Assembly (NCBI GenBank): GCA_964474825.1
Contig: CAYYWQ010000001.1
Span: 677,609 to 741,608 of the forward strand
DNA length: 64,000 bases
Source: an uncultured Candidatus Saccharibacteria bacterium
Lineage (GTDB): Bacteria; Patescibacteriota; Doudnabacteria; UBA920
Direction: 5' to 3'
The notes below the pieces were generated by a model that was not told where the DNA came from, did no database searches, and saw only the letters and a program-made list of their open reading frames with translations. Below are positions 1 through 10,276 of the stretch, in pieces. The position numbers were made by a program, and so were the translations under genes. Each line of letters starts with the position of its first letter. The stretch's first letter is position 1.

Positions 1-3000
1 AGTTCACCGTTCCCCCGCCCTGTAAAATCTGGGTCGGAGTTATAGACGAAATGTTGTAGCCCGGCGGAGGCGTGCAGACCAGAGTTTTGCTGCCTGCGTC
101 CTGGTTGGTCAAAATAGACGGCGCTGAAATGCTAACGCCGTTGAGAGTACAGAGTATTGTACGACTGTATCCGGATACGCTATTGTTAACCGTGCCGGTA
201 GTTGGCTGAGTGGGTTGAGTAGGCTGTGTAACTGTAGCCGTCCCACCCCCGCCGTAGAGCGTTGCAACTTCAGAAGCGGTGAGCGGCCGGCTGAACACAG
301 CGAAGTCGTCCAGAGAGCCGGCGAGGTTGATGCCGTAAGCGTTACCGTACCACGCGCCAATAATGAAATTGCCGAAGGAGTCGGCAACCGAAGGTGCAAT
401 GGCTGCGGAGTTGTCGAGAACGCCGTTAATGTAGCTCCTCATGGTAACACCGTCGTATGTAATGGCCACGTGGTGCCATGAGTTAAGCGGAATGGCCGTG
501 TTGCCATTGAAAATGGCCGTGTTTCCCCCGTCAACATAGGCACGGAGTTTTTGGTTCGCTAGGACTACAAATTCGTAATCTTTGTAGTTATTTGCGCCGA
601 GGTCCTTGTTGGTTGTGAAGATCTGGTGAAATTTAGCCTGACTCTGGTAGAGCCAGAAAATTATTGAGAAATTCTTGGCCGTAAAGGAAATGGGAGAGGT
701 CGGGATAATGTGGCTGCTTGAGCCGTTGAAGTTCGCGGCCTGTTCGAACTTGCCGGAACTGTAGGTGATGTTGGTGGGTGTTGCGTTGTTAGTCCCCTTG
801 CAGGTGTTCGTGTTGCCGTTGAAACTGTAGCAAACCATGAGACTGGGGTCTAAAGCAAGCGAGGTTTGGGAGAACGGGATGGGGCCGGAAACAACTGCCG
901 GAGCTACCGTAAAGGTAGCCGAAGCATTGGACCAGGCTCCGCTGTCGGTGTTGCGAAATTTTAGGTAGTGGTCGCCCGCGGCAAGTTGGACTTTTTGAAG
1001 GACCATACCGGAAGCAGTGACATTGGCGAGTAGGGAGTCAGGATGCCTGCAGCCGGCAGTACAAGCGCCGGTGTCAAACACCCAAGCCTGAATTTTTCCT
1101 AAAACAAAGTTGGTTGCGTTTGTAACCGTAATGTCAAACGGCGTGTTAGCAACCGGGTTAAGCGTTTGAATGTTTCCGGGGGTTGGCGTTGGAGGTTGCT
1201 GGGGCAATACTGAAGGCGGCTGGGCAATACCCGTACCTCCCCCACCACCATAAAGCATGGAAACCTCAGTGGAGGTTAACGGACGGTTGAAGATCGCAAG
1301 GTCATCCAGAGAACCGTTGAAGTTCGCGCCGTAAGCGTCATTAAAGAAAGCACCGACAATGCTGTTGCCGTAAGAGTCAGTTACGGAAGCCGGCACAGCA
1401 CCGGAGTTGTCCAAGACGCCGTCAACGTAGATCTTCATGGTCACGCCGTCGTAGGTAATGGCAACGTGGTGCCAAGTGTTGAGCGAAAGAACAGTGTTGC
1501 CGGTGAAGTACGCCGTGTCGGCGCCGTCAACGTAAACCCTGACTTTCTGAGAATCAATAAGGGCGAACTCGTAGCCCTTGTAGCGGTTGAGCAGTGTATC
1601 CTTGGCAGTTACCAAAATGTCCGCGTACTTGGCGAAGGTCTGGTAAGTCCACACCACAACTGAAAACTGCTTGCTAGGCAGGAACGAAATGGGAGTGGGA
1701 AGGGTGATGTGGCTGTTGCTGCCGTTAAAGCTAGCAGCTTGGCCATGTTTGCCTGCAACATAAGTAATGTTAGCAGGCACGCCGTTGTTGGTGCCCTTGC
1801 TGTCGTTGGTATTGTTGTTGAAGCTGGCGTACCACAACAAGCTCGATTCGGTAGCGAGTGAAGTGGAGGAAAGCGCCCCGGGTACAGAAGGTAGAACGGG
1901 GGCGTTAATTTGCACCGAGCAATTTGCAGTGGCAGCTTGTTTAGGACTGCCGCTGTCCGTTACCGTGAACGTTGCGCTGCCGAAACCGGCAGGCGTGGAA
2001 GTGGTTGTAGCATAGGTGGCGGTTGTGCCGCTACCGGAAACCACTTTGCCCCAAACCCCCGAAACCGCACCCGTGCCGCCCGTGTAACTGCCGGTAAAGA
2101 CAGTCGACTGCCCAGCAGTTATAACAGCCGGGTTGGCGGAGCAGGTGGGAATAAGCGTTGGCGGCGGCTGAAGTCCCGCTGCAGCAGTACGGACGACTGA
2201 GAGATCTTTAACGTGCAAGGTGTTGTCACCCTGCGACTCAATCTCCAAGTATAAGCCGTCCATTAAATCAGAAGCAACGGACCAGGTCGCACCACCGACT
2301 GACATGGACACTGTATTGTTAGTTTTGGTTATAGTTAGAAGTTTCCAGCCTCCGAAGTTACTAGCGGTTGAATTGATCGTCACCAAATTCGGAAAAGTTT
2401 CTACCGAATTCTTGACAGAATCTATGGTCAGAGCGAGGATGGTGGAGTCTTTTAATGCTTTCTTCAAGCTAAAGATAGACTTCCCACCACCAATGTTGGT
2501 GTTGATGAAAAATGTAATATCAACCGGCCCGACGAACACCCGCCGTGTTCTTAAGGTAACACTGCCGTTCACAGTAGCGGGATACATTCCCCCTCCTGAA
2601 AACAAGTAGGTGTGGGAATTAAACAGCAACACTCCTGCGCTTTGGATTGCCGTGGAGTTGCTGATTGTTGCGGAGTCACTGGTCTGCAACCAGTTACCCG
2701 TGTAATCCGCCGACCGAAAACTGTCCTTCAAGTAGCAGTTGGTATCGCCGCCGCATCCAGGGTCGGGAAGGGAGTCTTCCAGATGCTGGAAAATTTGCTT
2801 CTGGGTGTTGGAATTATCGGTCATGTAGGTCGGGAGTAGATGAGCCTTAACCGAATAACCAACATTGACGGCGTTCAATGCTGCGGCACCAAGTGACAAA
2901 CTCGGCACCACAACATATGTGGTAATACAAGACAGCAAGCTGTCTCGAACATTCCAAGGCATGGCGGACTCCGGAACCCGAACAAAAGCCGGAGCGAAGT

Positions 3001-3670
3001 GAATGAAGTCATTGCAGTGCGTGGTATACTTTTGCCGACCGTCAGCCACATTGTTGGCTGGAGTTGCAATACCGACCACGGAAAGGTAGTTGGCGTTGGG
3101 TAACTGTTTACTCTTTCCGTCCGCGTTGCGGAGACGGATACCATATTCCAAGTTAGCGTAAAAGTTTCCCTGGCTGTGACCAACAAGAACAACGTAGTAA
3201 CCCTTGCTCCAAAAGTCCAACACGACTTGATCTAAGGTTGCCAGATCAGAATCGGCTTTGAACTGATCATCCTGGAATCCCAAGGCCGCTGCCATAAAAG
3301 ATTTATGGGCTTGGGACTGTTGGTTAAGCAGGTTAAGATCGTTGAGATACTTGTCGACCTCCTGCATACCAATTTGGTCAATTGCCTGATTGATGTCGCC
3401 TCTGCCAAGCAGAGTCTTGAGCAGGCCGGAACTTTGGTTGTGGACCGCTTTAAATTCCACGCAAGAGGAACTTAGACCAGGGTTAGAGGCCATAAACCTT
3501 GCTTTGATCTGGTCAACAAAGTCTTGCCATATTTTACTATCCGGTACCAAAATCCCATTGGCCCAAACAAATGCAGTCTTGCCGTAGGGGCAATCCTGCG
3601 CCAAAACCAGGCCACTGGACGAAACCAGCAACCAAAACAAAAACAAAATACGGCCTAAGCCGCTTTTCAT
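1..3670 (-). CDS. Large secreted protein (>1220 aa, runs off left edge): signal peptide, GHSQG alpha/beta-hydrolase-like domain, beta-rich/Ig-like linkers, two LamG/ConA-like domains
   Basis: Not in the ORF track because it has no stop in the window. Manual translation from ATG at 3670 (AGGAG 9 nt upstream): MKSGLGRILFLFWLLVSSSGLVLAQDCPYG...VLVGHSQGNFYAN (3167-3181)...two copies of WHHVAITYDGVTM..Y(V/I)(D/N)GVLD...GSLDD(L/F)A(I/V)F.RPLT..EV..LY. Frame stays open to base 1. Confidence 0.88.
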   Translation of the reverse strand, partial: MKSGLGRILFLFWLLVSSSGLVLAQDCPYGKTAFVWANGILVPDSKIWQDFVDQIKARFMASNPGLSSSCVEFKAVHNQSSGLLKTLLGRGDINQAIDQIGMQEVDKYLNDLNLLNQQSQAHKSFMAAALGFQDDQFKADSDLATLDQVVLDFWSKGYYVVLVGHSQGNFYANLEYGIRLRNADGKSKQLPNANYLSVVGIATPANNVADGRQKYTTHCNDFIHFAPAFVRVPESAMPWNVRDSLLSCITTYVVVPSLSLGAAALNAVNVGYSVKAHLLPTYMTDNSNTQKQIFQHLEDSLPDPGCGGDTNCYLKDSFRSADYTGNWLQTSDSATISNSTAIQSAGVLLFNSHTYLFSGGGMYPATVNGSVTLRTRRVFVGPVDITFFINTNIGGGKSIFSLKKALKDSTILALTIDSVKNSVETFPNLVTINSTASNFGGWKLLTITKTNNTVSMSVGGATWSVASDLMDGLYLEIESQGDNTLHVKDLSVVRTAAAGLQPPPTLIPTCSANPAVITAGQSTVFTGSYTGGTGAVSGVWGKVVSGSGTTATYATTTSTPAGFGSATFTVTDSGSPKQAATANCSVQINAPVLPSVPGALSSTSLATESSLLWYASFNNNTNDSKGTNNGVPANITYVAGKHGQAASFNGSNSHITLPTPISFLPSKQFSVVVWTYQTFAKYADILVTAKDTLLNRYKGYEFALIDSQKVRVYVDGADTAYFTGNTVLSLNTWHHVAITYDGVTMKIYVDGVLDNSGAVPASVTDSYGNSIVGAFFNDAYGANFNGSLDDLAIFNRPLTSTEVSMLYGGGGGTGIAQPPSVLPQQPPTPTPGNIQTLNPVANTPFDITVTNATNFVLGKIQAWVFDTGACTAGCRHPDSLLANVTASGMVLQKVQLAAGDHYLKFRNTDSGAWSNASATFTVAPAVVSGPIPFSQTSLALDPSLMVCYSFNGNTNTCKGTNNATPTNITYSSGKFEQAANFNGSSSHIIPTSPISFTAKNFSIIFWLYQSQAKFHQIFTTNKDLGANNYKDYEFVVLANQKLRAYVDGGNTAIFNGNTAIPLNSWHHVAITYDGVTMRSYINGVLDNSAAIAPSVADSFGNFIIGAWYGNAYGINLAGSLDDFAVFSRPLTASEVATLYGGGGTATVTQPTQPTQPTTGTVNNSVSGYSRTILCTLNGVSISAPSILTNQDAGSKTLVCTPPPGYNISSITPTQILQGGGTVN
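250..1860 (-). repeat. Internal duplication of a LamG-like domain (about 250-870 and about 1250-1860)
   Basis: Near-identical segments such as gtaatggccacgtggtgcca / gtaatggcaacgtggtgcca and matching translated motifs. Confidence 0.8.
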
Positions 3671-3817
3671 ACTTGTACACTCCTGAAATTCAGATTTGGA
3701 AAACAAAAACACAGACAGTATTAAGAACGCCTGCCTAAATGACTACCCAATGTTTCTCTTTCCCCTCCCGGTTACCAAAAATTATTGATAACCAGTATGA
3801 GGAAAGAGAAAATTTAT

Positions 3818-4636
3818 TTAATATTGATCTTTCACATTCTCACAGGAATAAATCGAACCTACGGGAGTGATATATGGTTTACCTTTGGTATCATTATCTT
3901 CAAATACTTTTTTTCGTTCTGGGGTATTTTTGACCATATACCATAGCTTGTCACTATTTGAATAATCCCTAAGACCTGTACCAAAAACAAGGTGATTGTA
4001 ACAGTCCTGAAAAGTAAACACTGAAACCATTAATTCTTTATAATGTTCATGGTCTCCTGTAGTGGTTATAACATCCTGTTCTTTTTTCACCATAGCCCTT
4101 AGCACTCTCCGTACTTCGTCGTTTCCCGGATACATAAAAACAATTTCTCTTTGCAAATCATCTCTTACTCCATCGTTGTCCGAGTCTATGCCCGCAAGAG
4201 TTGCCTTACCGGCCTCACCAGGATCGGGCGGAAGAGTAATTGAGGTATCCGTAATAGCAAACCTTACTACCGTCGCAGTTTTAAGGCCATTTACATATAG
4301 GCTAAAAGTGATGGTCTGGGGCTTCTTTAACAATTCTGGAGAAACTTGATAGCTTCCGGTAAAACCACCCTCAGTTTGTCTATCTAATAACACCTTTGAA
4401 CTCGAGGTTGTGGTAGCCAAAGATTTCAGAAAGGCACCCCATACAGGTAAACTGCTTTTAATCTTTAAGTTAAAGCTTAAAAGCGTTTGGCTCTTTGTAG
4501 TTGAGACTAAGACAGCCTCTGGACTAACCGTGGCGGAAATTACTTGTGGGGTCTGACTAAGAAAAACCAAACCTAACAATATTACTATTCCCACTGGGAC
4601 TGCCCACTTTAAATGGAATTTAAGCTTTGGTGTCAT
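3818..4636 (-). CDS. Membrane-anchored exported protein with acidic DxDxDG motif; putative partner of the downstream hydrolase
   Basis: N-terminal hydrophobic helix; LPPDPGEAGKATLAGIDSDNDGVRDDLQREI; ATG at 4636 preferred over the TTG at 4648. Confidence 0.7.
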   Translation of the reverse strand: MTPKLKFHLKWAVPVGIVILLGLVFLSQTPQVISATVSPEAVLVSTTKSQTLLSFNLKIKSSLPVWGAFLKSLATTTSSSKVLLDRQTEGGFTGSYQVSPELLKKPQTITFSLYVNGLKTATVVRFAITDTSITLPPDPGEAGKATLAGIDSDNDGVRDDLQREIVFMYPGNDEVRRVLRAMVKKEQDVITTTGDHEHYKELMVSVFTFQDCYNHLVFGTGLRDYSNSDKLWYMVKNTPERKKVFEDNDTKGKPYITPVGSIYSCENVKDQY

Positions 4637-4885
4637 ATTAATACACAATTAATTTGTTCTCTATATTATACTCTATTTCTGAATTTCGAGAACACTAAAA
4701 ACACTAAAATTTACAGTATCGCATTATGCCTCCTGGGCATTGTTAAAGTACTGTCCATAAGGTAAATTTAGGCTCAACAACATTGTTGTCAATATTAAAC
4801 AAGGCTTACTCTTGTGTTTATTTGTATATTGGTGTAATCTGTTGTCATACTCTAACAGTAAAATCATTATTAAATAATAACCTTT

Positions 4886-5659
4886 ATGGACAGTGTGTTA
4901 GTTAAACAGCTCAAAAACTTCGGACTTTCAGAAAAAGAGTCAAAAATCTACCTTGCTTTGCTGGAATTAGAAATGGCAACCGTATTTGAAGTTGCCAAAC
5001 AGTCAGGCATAAACCGCAGTTCCGCTTACGTGGTTTTAGAGGCCTTAAAGAAAAAAGGATTTGTAGGAATATCTGACGACAAAAAAGTCCGTAAATATAT
5101 TGCAGCTTCCCCGGAAACTCTTCTCCATGCAGCAAAAGCCGCTGCCAAAAAACAGGAAGATACAAAAGAAGGAATTGAATCTATTCTTCCAGAACTAAAG
5201 GCACTGCACAAGTCTACGAAACATAGACCTATAGTAAAAATATTTGAGGGGGAAAGTGGAGCAAGGGAAGTATATTGGGATGTTTTATCAACAAAAACAA
5301 AAAAAATAAAAGTTTTTGCAAACCCCGATAATATATTTAAAAGAATTCCGGATTTTTTAGATTACGATAAAGAAAGAAGTGAGAAAAAAATTAAAATGTT
5401 TGCAATAAGCCCAGCGACCAAAGGAGTGGTAAACATATATAAATACACCCCACCACATCAACCCTATGAAGCTGCTTTAATTCCTGAAAGTAAATTTAAA
5501 TTCACATCGGACATTGGAATATATGAAAATAAAGTCTCTTTTGTTTCTCCAGAGGACAACTTTGGGATAATTATAGAAAGTCAAGAGATTGCGGACATGC
5601 TCGGAAACAGCTTTGATTTGGCATGGGAAGAAGCAAAAAGACTGGATAATAGAACGTAA
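4886..5659 (+). CDS. TrmB-family transcriptional regulator
   Basis: LKNFGLSEKESKIYLALL...VAKQSGINRSSAYVVLEALKKKGFV wHTH; VKIFEGESG; C-terminal IGIYENKVSF...FDLAWE effector domain. Confidence 0.85.
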   Translation: MDSVLVKQLKNFGLSEKESKIYLALLELEMATVFEVAKQSGINRSSAYVVLEALKKKGFVGISDDKKVRKYIAASPETLLHAAKAAAKKQEDTKEGIESILPELKALHKSTKHRPIVKIFEGESGAREVYWDVLSTKTKKIKVFANPDNIFKRIPDFLDYDKERSEKKIKMFAISPATKGVVNIYKYTPPHQPYEAALIPESKFKFTSDIGIYENKVSFVSPEDNFGIIIESQEIADMLGNSFDLAWEEAKRLDNRT

Positions 5660-5815
5660 ATAGTTCTGCATCTCATATACTTTAAGTTTTTAAAGTCTTA
5701 TGATGAGCTTTCTTTTCTCTACTATATTTTAAAATGTGTATATTTAAAAAGCACAAAAGTTAAAAATGTGTTATAATTATACAGACTTTCTTACATAAAG
5801 AAACAAAAAAACGTA

Positions 5816-6829
5816 ATGCGGCCAATAATTTCATTTCCAGATATTGAAGGCTTAAATCGCCTTTCAAAAACTGAAAAAATCAATCTTTTATTGACTGCTG
5901 CCTCTTTAGCTCCTTCCACAATCAACACCCAACCCTGGCTATTCAAGATCGAAGGCAATAGAATAGAATTATTTCTAAACCCTTCCCGCCATCTTCCGGT
6001 TTCTGACTCAAGTGGAAGACAAGCCTATATTAGCCTTGGGGCATGTTGGGCTAATTTAGAGTTACTTGCCCAAAGCTATGGACTAAAATACAGGACCGAA
6101 CAACCAACTAAAATTGCAATAAATAAAGCGGTTGCAAGTTTTATTATTGAAGACTTTAAATCCAGTAACGATGACTCCGAAACTAGGGAGGCGATAATTC
6201 AAAGGCATACCAACAGATTCCCGTTTGAAAAAAAACCCCTTCCTTTAAATTTTGTTCAAAAAATAAAACTGACATCCTCGCCTACTCTTACCCTACATTT
6301 AGCAGAAGATGGGGAAACAAAAAATGAAATAACCCCTATAGTTCTTGATTCGGTATTTGAAATGTTCTCCAAAAAAGACTGGTCTAAAGAATTATCACAT
6401 TGGGTAAAACCCGGCTTAAAAAAATACGAGGACGGTATGCCTGGTTATTATTTAGGAGTTCCCCTGCCAATTTCTTTCCTAATGCCCTTAGTCTTAAAAT
6501 ATGGCTCAGTTGCTAAAATGCAACTACAAACTCATAAAAAAATGCTTAGTTGGGTAGGTGCATACGGAGTCATTACTGCTTCAGAGAATAATCCCTTAAC
6601 TTGGTTTTTAACTGGGGAAATGTTTGAAAAAATTGCTATAGAAGCGCAAAAAAATAACATTAAGGTTGGAATACTAACAGCACCCACCGAAATAGAAACT
6701 TATAGCCAAAAACTAAAAAAAATCTTAGGGACGTCAAATACTCTACAAATGTTTTTCCGCTTAGGCTTTACTGAAAAAACCCCCATTTTCAGTCCTCGCT
6801 TACCAATAAACAAAATAATTAAAGTATGA
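5816..6829 (+). CDS. Nitroreductase-fold FMN oxidoreductase (Acg / Rv1355c C-terminal-like)
   Basis: AASLAPSTINTQPWLF, ISLGACWANL, IIQRHTNRFPF, QMFFRLG..SPRLP motifs. Confidence 0.8.
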   Translation: MRPIISFPDIEGLNRLSKTEKINLLLTAASLAPSTINTQPWLFKIEGNRIELFLNPSRHLPVSDSSGRQAYISLGACWANLELLAQSYGLKYRTEQPTKIAINKAVASFIIEDFKSSNDDSETREAIIQRHTNRFPFEKKPLPLNFVQKIKLTSSPTLTLHLAEDGETKNEITPIVLDSVFEMFSKKDWSKELSHWVKPGLKKYEDGMPGYYLGVPLPISFLMPLVLKYGSVAKMQLQTHKKMLSWVGAYGVITASENNPLTWFLTGEMFEKIAIEAQKNNIKVGILTAPTEIETYSQKLKKILGTSNTLQMFFRLGFTEKTPIFSPRLPINKIIKV

Positions 6830-7869
6830 ACGGTTCAAAAATTTTACTTAAGGACTTTGACAATCATCGCCTAGTAACTTTCATTTACGACCCCCAATCT
6901 AAGCTACAGGGATTTATTGCTATACATAGAGGCAACGGCAGCAATGTCCCCTCTTTTGGTGCCACAAGATTTGTTTCTTATAACACTCTCACAGATGGCC
7001 TACATGACGCTTTGCGATTATCCCGCTTAATGTCCTATAAGGCTGCAATGGCTGGCTTAAAATATGGAGGAGCAAAAGGAGTAATTCTTATTCCCCAAGT
7101 CCCACATAATAAAAAACAAATTTTACAGGCATACTGCAAAAAAATAAACTACCTTAACGGCCATTTTATTACCGGTGCCGACGTAGGCATTAACGGTTCC
7201 GAGGTAGGAACAATGAGGAAATATAGTAATTTTATTGTTGGTGTAAAAGTTGATCCAGTCAAATATACAGTTTTAGGCATTTTGTACGGCTTACAAGTTT
7301 CACTACAAGAAGTCTTTGGAAACTCAGACATTCAAGAAAAAACATTCTCCATTCTGGGGGTAGGAAAAATTGGCACGGGTATTTTAAAATCAATATATGG
7401 GCAGGCAAAAAAAATCTATATTTCCGACATAGACCAACAACAAATTAAAAAAATTAAGCACGCCTTTCCCAAAATAACGATTCTTTCCCCGCAAGAAATT
7501 TTCAAACAAAAAGTGAATGTGTTTATGCCCTGCGCATTAGGCAACGCATTAAATACTAAAACAATATCAAAACTTAGGTCGGATATAATTTTAGGAGGGG
7601 CAAATAATCAATTAACGAACAGCACTGTTGGGGAATTATTATTTAAACTTGGTATTCTATATGCCCCAGATTATGTTGTAAATGCAGGCGGTTTGATTTC
7701 AGTTGTGGACGAATATGAGAACAAAAATATAGTGGAAACTAGAATTGAAAAACGGCTAAGTAATATTAAGACAGCACTTCGTTCTATTTTTAAACAAAGC
7801 ATGGCAACCGGCATAGCTACAAATATGGTTGCAGATAAAATGGCAGAAAAAATTTTTAACAATCATTAA
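6826..7869 (+). CDS. Glu/Leu/Phe/Val dehydrogenase (Leu/Phe DH-like)
   Basis: GFIAIH, GATR, LRLSRLMSYKAA, GGAKGV, FITGADVG, GVGKIG, PCALG, GGANNQL, PDYVVNAGGLI. Confidence 0.9.
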   Translation: MNGSKILLKDFDNHRLVTFIYDPQSKLQGFIAIHRGNGSNVPSFGATRFVSYNTLTDGLHDALRLSRLMSYKAAMAGLKYGGAKGVILIPQVPHNKKQILQAYCKKINYLNGHFITGADVGINGSEVGTMRKYSNFIVGVKVDPVKYTVLGILYGLQVSLQEVFGNSDIQEKTFSILGVGKIGTGILKSIYGQAKKIYISDIDQQQIKKIKHAFPKITILSPQEIFKQKVNVFMPCALGNALNTKTISKLRSDIILGGANNQLTNSTVGELLFKLGILYAPDYVVNAGGLISVVDEYENKNIVETRIEKRLSNIKTALRSIFKQSMATGIATNMVADKMAEKIFNNH

Positions 7870-7888
7870 TAATTAAGAAATAATCTTT

Positions 7889-8704
7889 ATGCAAGCTAGT
7901 GCCGAGAACACAAAAACAAAAGAATGGTGGGAGAGTGAAGGAGGTTTCTTTGGAGACCTCTATAGGCAGGCAGATAATTCTCAAGAAGGCCACCTAAACT
8001 CACCTCAAGACTTGTTAGCCAGAACGGAAAAAGAAGTTAACGGAGTTATAAAATTATGCACCTTAAACCCAGGTGGTGCCGTTATGGACTGCCCATGTGG
8101 TTACGGCAGACACTCTTTAGCCTTGGCACAAAAAGGTTTTCAAGTAACTGGAGTCGACATTAATAAAACTTTTCTCAAACACGACAGGGAAGAACTTGAA
8201 AAAGCCAAGCTTGCCAATTGTCAGTTTGTCGAAAAAGACATGAGGCAAGTGGACTTTAACAATCAATTTAATGCTGTAATAAATATGTTCTACTCTTTTG
8301 GATTTTTCGAAACAGAAGAGGAAAATTTAAAAGTCGCAGCGAATTTTTATAACGCTCTAAAACCAGGTGGAAGGTTTTTAATGCATACGCATATCACTCT
8401 TCCAAAAATCTTAAATGGTGATTACAAAACCCATGAAATCAGAACCCTACGAGACGGAAAGAAGCTAGAATTATTCCGCACATACAACACCCAAACCAAA
8501 AGAGAAGATGGAGAATGGTTTATTTTACATGAGGATGGCAAAAAAGATTCTCTTACCCCCTACTCCGTACGGATTTACAGCCTGGAAGAATATACTGATT
8601 TATGTAAAAAGGCTGGTTTTAAAGAAGTGTTAGCTTATGGAGACTGGTCCGGTACGCCGTACACCGATAAATCTCCAGAATTAATTGCAGTTGCCGTAAA
8701 ATGA
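7889..8704 (+). CDS. Class I SAM-dependent methyltransferase
   Basis: VMDCPCGYGRHS, VTGVD, DMR, SFGFF, LKPGGRF. Confidence 0.88.
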   Translation: MQASAENTKTKEWWESEGGFFGDLYRQADNSQEGHLNSPQDLLARTEKEVNGVIKLCTLNPGGAVMDCPCGYGRHSLALAQKGFQVTGVDINKTFLKHDREELEKAKLANCQFVEKDMRQVDFNNQFNAVINMFYSFGFFETEEENLKVAANFYNALKPGGRFLMHTHITLPKILNGDYKTHEIRTLRDGKKLELFRTYNTQTKREDGEWFILHEDGKKDSLTPYSVRIYSLEEYTDLCKKAGFKEVLAYGDWSGTPYTDKSPELIAVAVK

Positions 8705-10272
8705 CTGTAAAAAATTCTTTATTCTCTGGAGCCTTACCGTTTCCCAATTCTGTGGAGTGGAAATCTTTTTATTCTGCGGATTTAAAAACGATGGTCAAAA
8801 AGTTTATAACTTTCTCCCCAAACGTTTTTGAAAAAATGGGAGAGCAAATGGCCTTTAATCTTTTTCACAACATGGCCAAGCGAGTCCCAGCTTATAAAGA
8901 TTACCTGAAGAGTAATAAGATTAACTCGCAAAAAATTAAAACGTTCTCCGATTTAAGATTTATACCGTGGATAGACAAAGAAAATTACCTTAAAAAATAT
9001 CCTCTAAAAGACTTATGCTGGGACGGTAAATTAACAGCGCCAATAATTTCAGCAAGTTCTGGCTCTTCCGGCCAACCATTTTTTTGGCCTAGGTCCTCAG
9101 CAATAGAAAAAGAAACCTCCTACATATACGAATTATTTTTACGTTTTTTGTTTGATATAGGCAAAGTACCCACTTTGTTAATAAACGGTTTTTCTATGGG
9201 TATATACATTGGGGGCACGTTCACTCTTAACTGTTCAATGAGGCTTCATCAGAAAGGTTATCCTTTAACAATAATGACCCCCGGTATCCATCAGGAAGAA
9301 ATTCTAAAAATTGTAGAAAAAATTGGTGGAAACTATGGGCAGATAATACTGGGTGGTTATCCTCCTTTTATTAGGGACATTTTAGATGCAGGCGAAAAAA
9401 GAGGTATTAACTGGAAAAAGAAAAATATAAAATTTATATTTGCTTCGGAATCCTTAAGCGAAGAATTTCGCTCTTACCTTTATTCCAAAGTTGGTATCTC
9501 TAACTCTTCATATTTGACTTCTTCAATGAACCTTTACGGAACCGCCGACGCCGCAGTTGCCGGTCACGAAATGCCCTTGAGCATACTTATTCGCAAGCTT
9601 TTTAGTAAAAACGCAGAACGTACCCAAGATTTCTTCTCCAAGACCTACGTGCCTTCTTTGAACCAATATTATCCATTTTTTAAATATTTCCAGACTGAAA
9701 ACGGTGAGTTAATTTTTTCCACTTCCCATAATGAAATTCCATTACTAAAATATAACATCCATGACAGGGGTAACATAATTTCATATGAAAATATGCTGGA
9801 GATAGCTAGGTCCTTTGGTTATAACACCAATGATTTAAACAAATTAGTTGGCAAACAATTGCTCTGGCGTTTACCATATGTTTATCTTTACGGCCGGAGC
9901 GATTTCACTACAACTCTTTACGGTTTAAATATCTACCCTGAAAATATAAAGGCCGCACTGGAAACTCCTGCGATCCGCCATCTCTGCAGCGGAAAGTTTG
10001 TTATGGAAACAAAAAATCGTGCAAAGACTCAAAAGCAGTATCTGGCGGTTCGTGTAGAACTCGCAAGTGGAATAAAGCCCTCTAAGTCTTTAGAGCGCAA
10101 ATTCCAGCAAGTAATTGTAACTACTTTACGCAAAAAAAATTCCGAATTTAACCACTTATTTCATTCAATAAAAAACCAAGCCCTGCCTGACATAAGCTTG
10201 AATATTAAAGGCGAAGGCGTTTACTTTAAACCCAGCATCAAACAACAATGGGTCAATAAAATCAAATCTTGA
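8701..10272 (+). CDS. Phenylacetate-CoA ligase / F390 synthetase-like adenylate-forming enzyme
   Basis: RVPAYKDYL, SSGSSGQP P-loop, GGYPPF, LYGTAD, PLLKYNIHDRG, GRSD, GLNIYPENI. Confidence 0.85.
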   Translation: MTVKNSLFSGALPFPNSVEWKSFYSADLKTMVKKFITFSPNVFEKMGEQMAFNLFHNMAKRVPAYKDYLKSNKINSQKIKTFSDLRFIPWIDKENYLKKYPLKDLCWDGKLTAPIISASSGSSGQPFFWPRSSAIEKETSYIYELFLRFLFDIGKVPTLLINGFSMGIYIGGTFTLNCSMRLHQKGYPLTIMTPGIHQEEILKIVEKIGGNYGQIILGGYPPFIRDILDAGEKRGINWKKKNIKFIFASESLSEEFRSYLYSKVGISNSSYLTSSMNLYGTADAAVAGHEMPLSILIRKLFSKNAERTQDFFSKTYVPSLNQYYPFFKYFQTENGELIFSTSHNEIPLLKYNIHDRGNIISYENMLEIARSFGYNTNDLNKLVGKQLLWRLPYVYLYGRSDFTTTLYGLNIYPENIKAALETPAIRHLCSGKFVMETKNRAKTQKQYLAVRVELASGIKPSKSLERKFQQVIVTTLRKKNSEFNHLFHSIKNQALPDISLNIKGEGVYFKPSIKQQWVNKIKS

Positions 10273-10276
10273 AGCC

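Noticed and set aside
109-3587. About a dozen short ORFs in the track on both strands
   Set aside because: All overlap the single long minus-strand frame 3670 to <1, which has coherent domains and an RBS
4775-4858. Short palindromes upstream of the TrmB gene as its operator
   Set aside because: Arms are only 5 bp in AT-rich DNA and I found no matching copy before the 5816 operon
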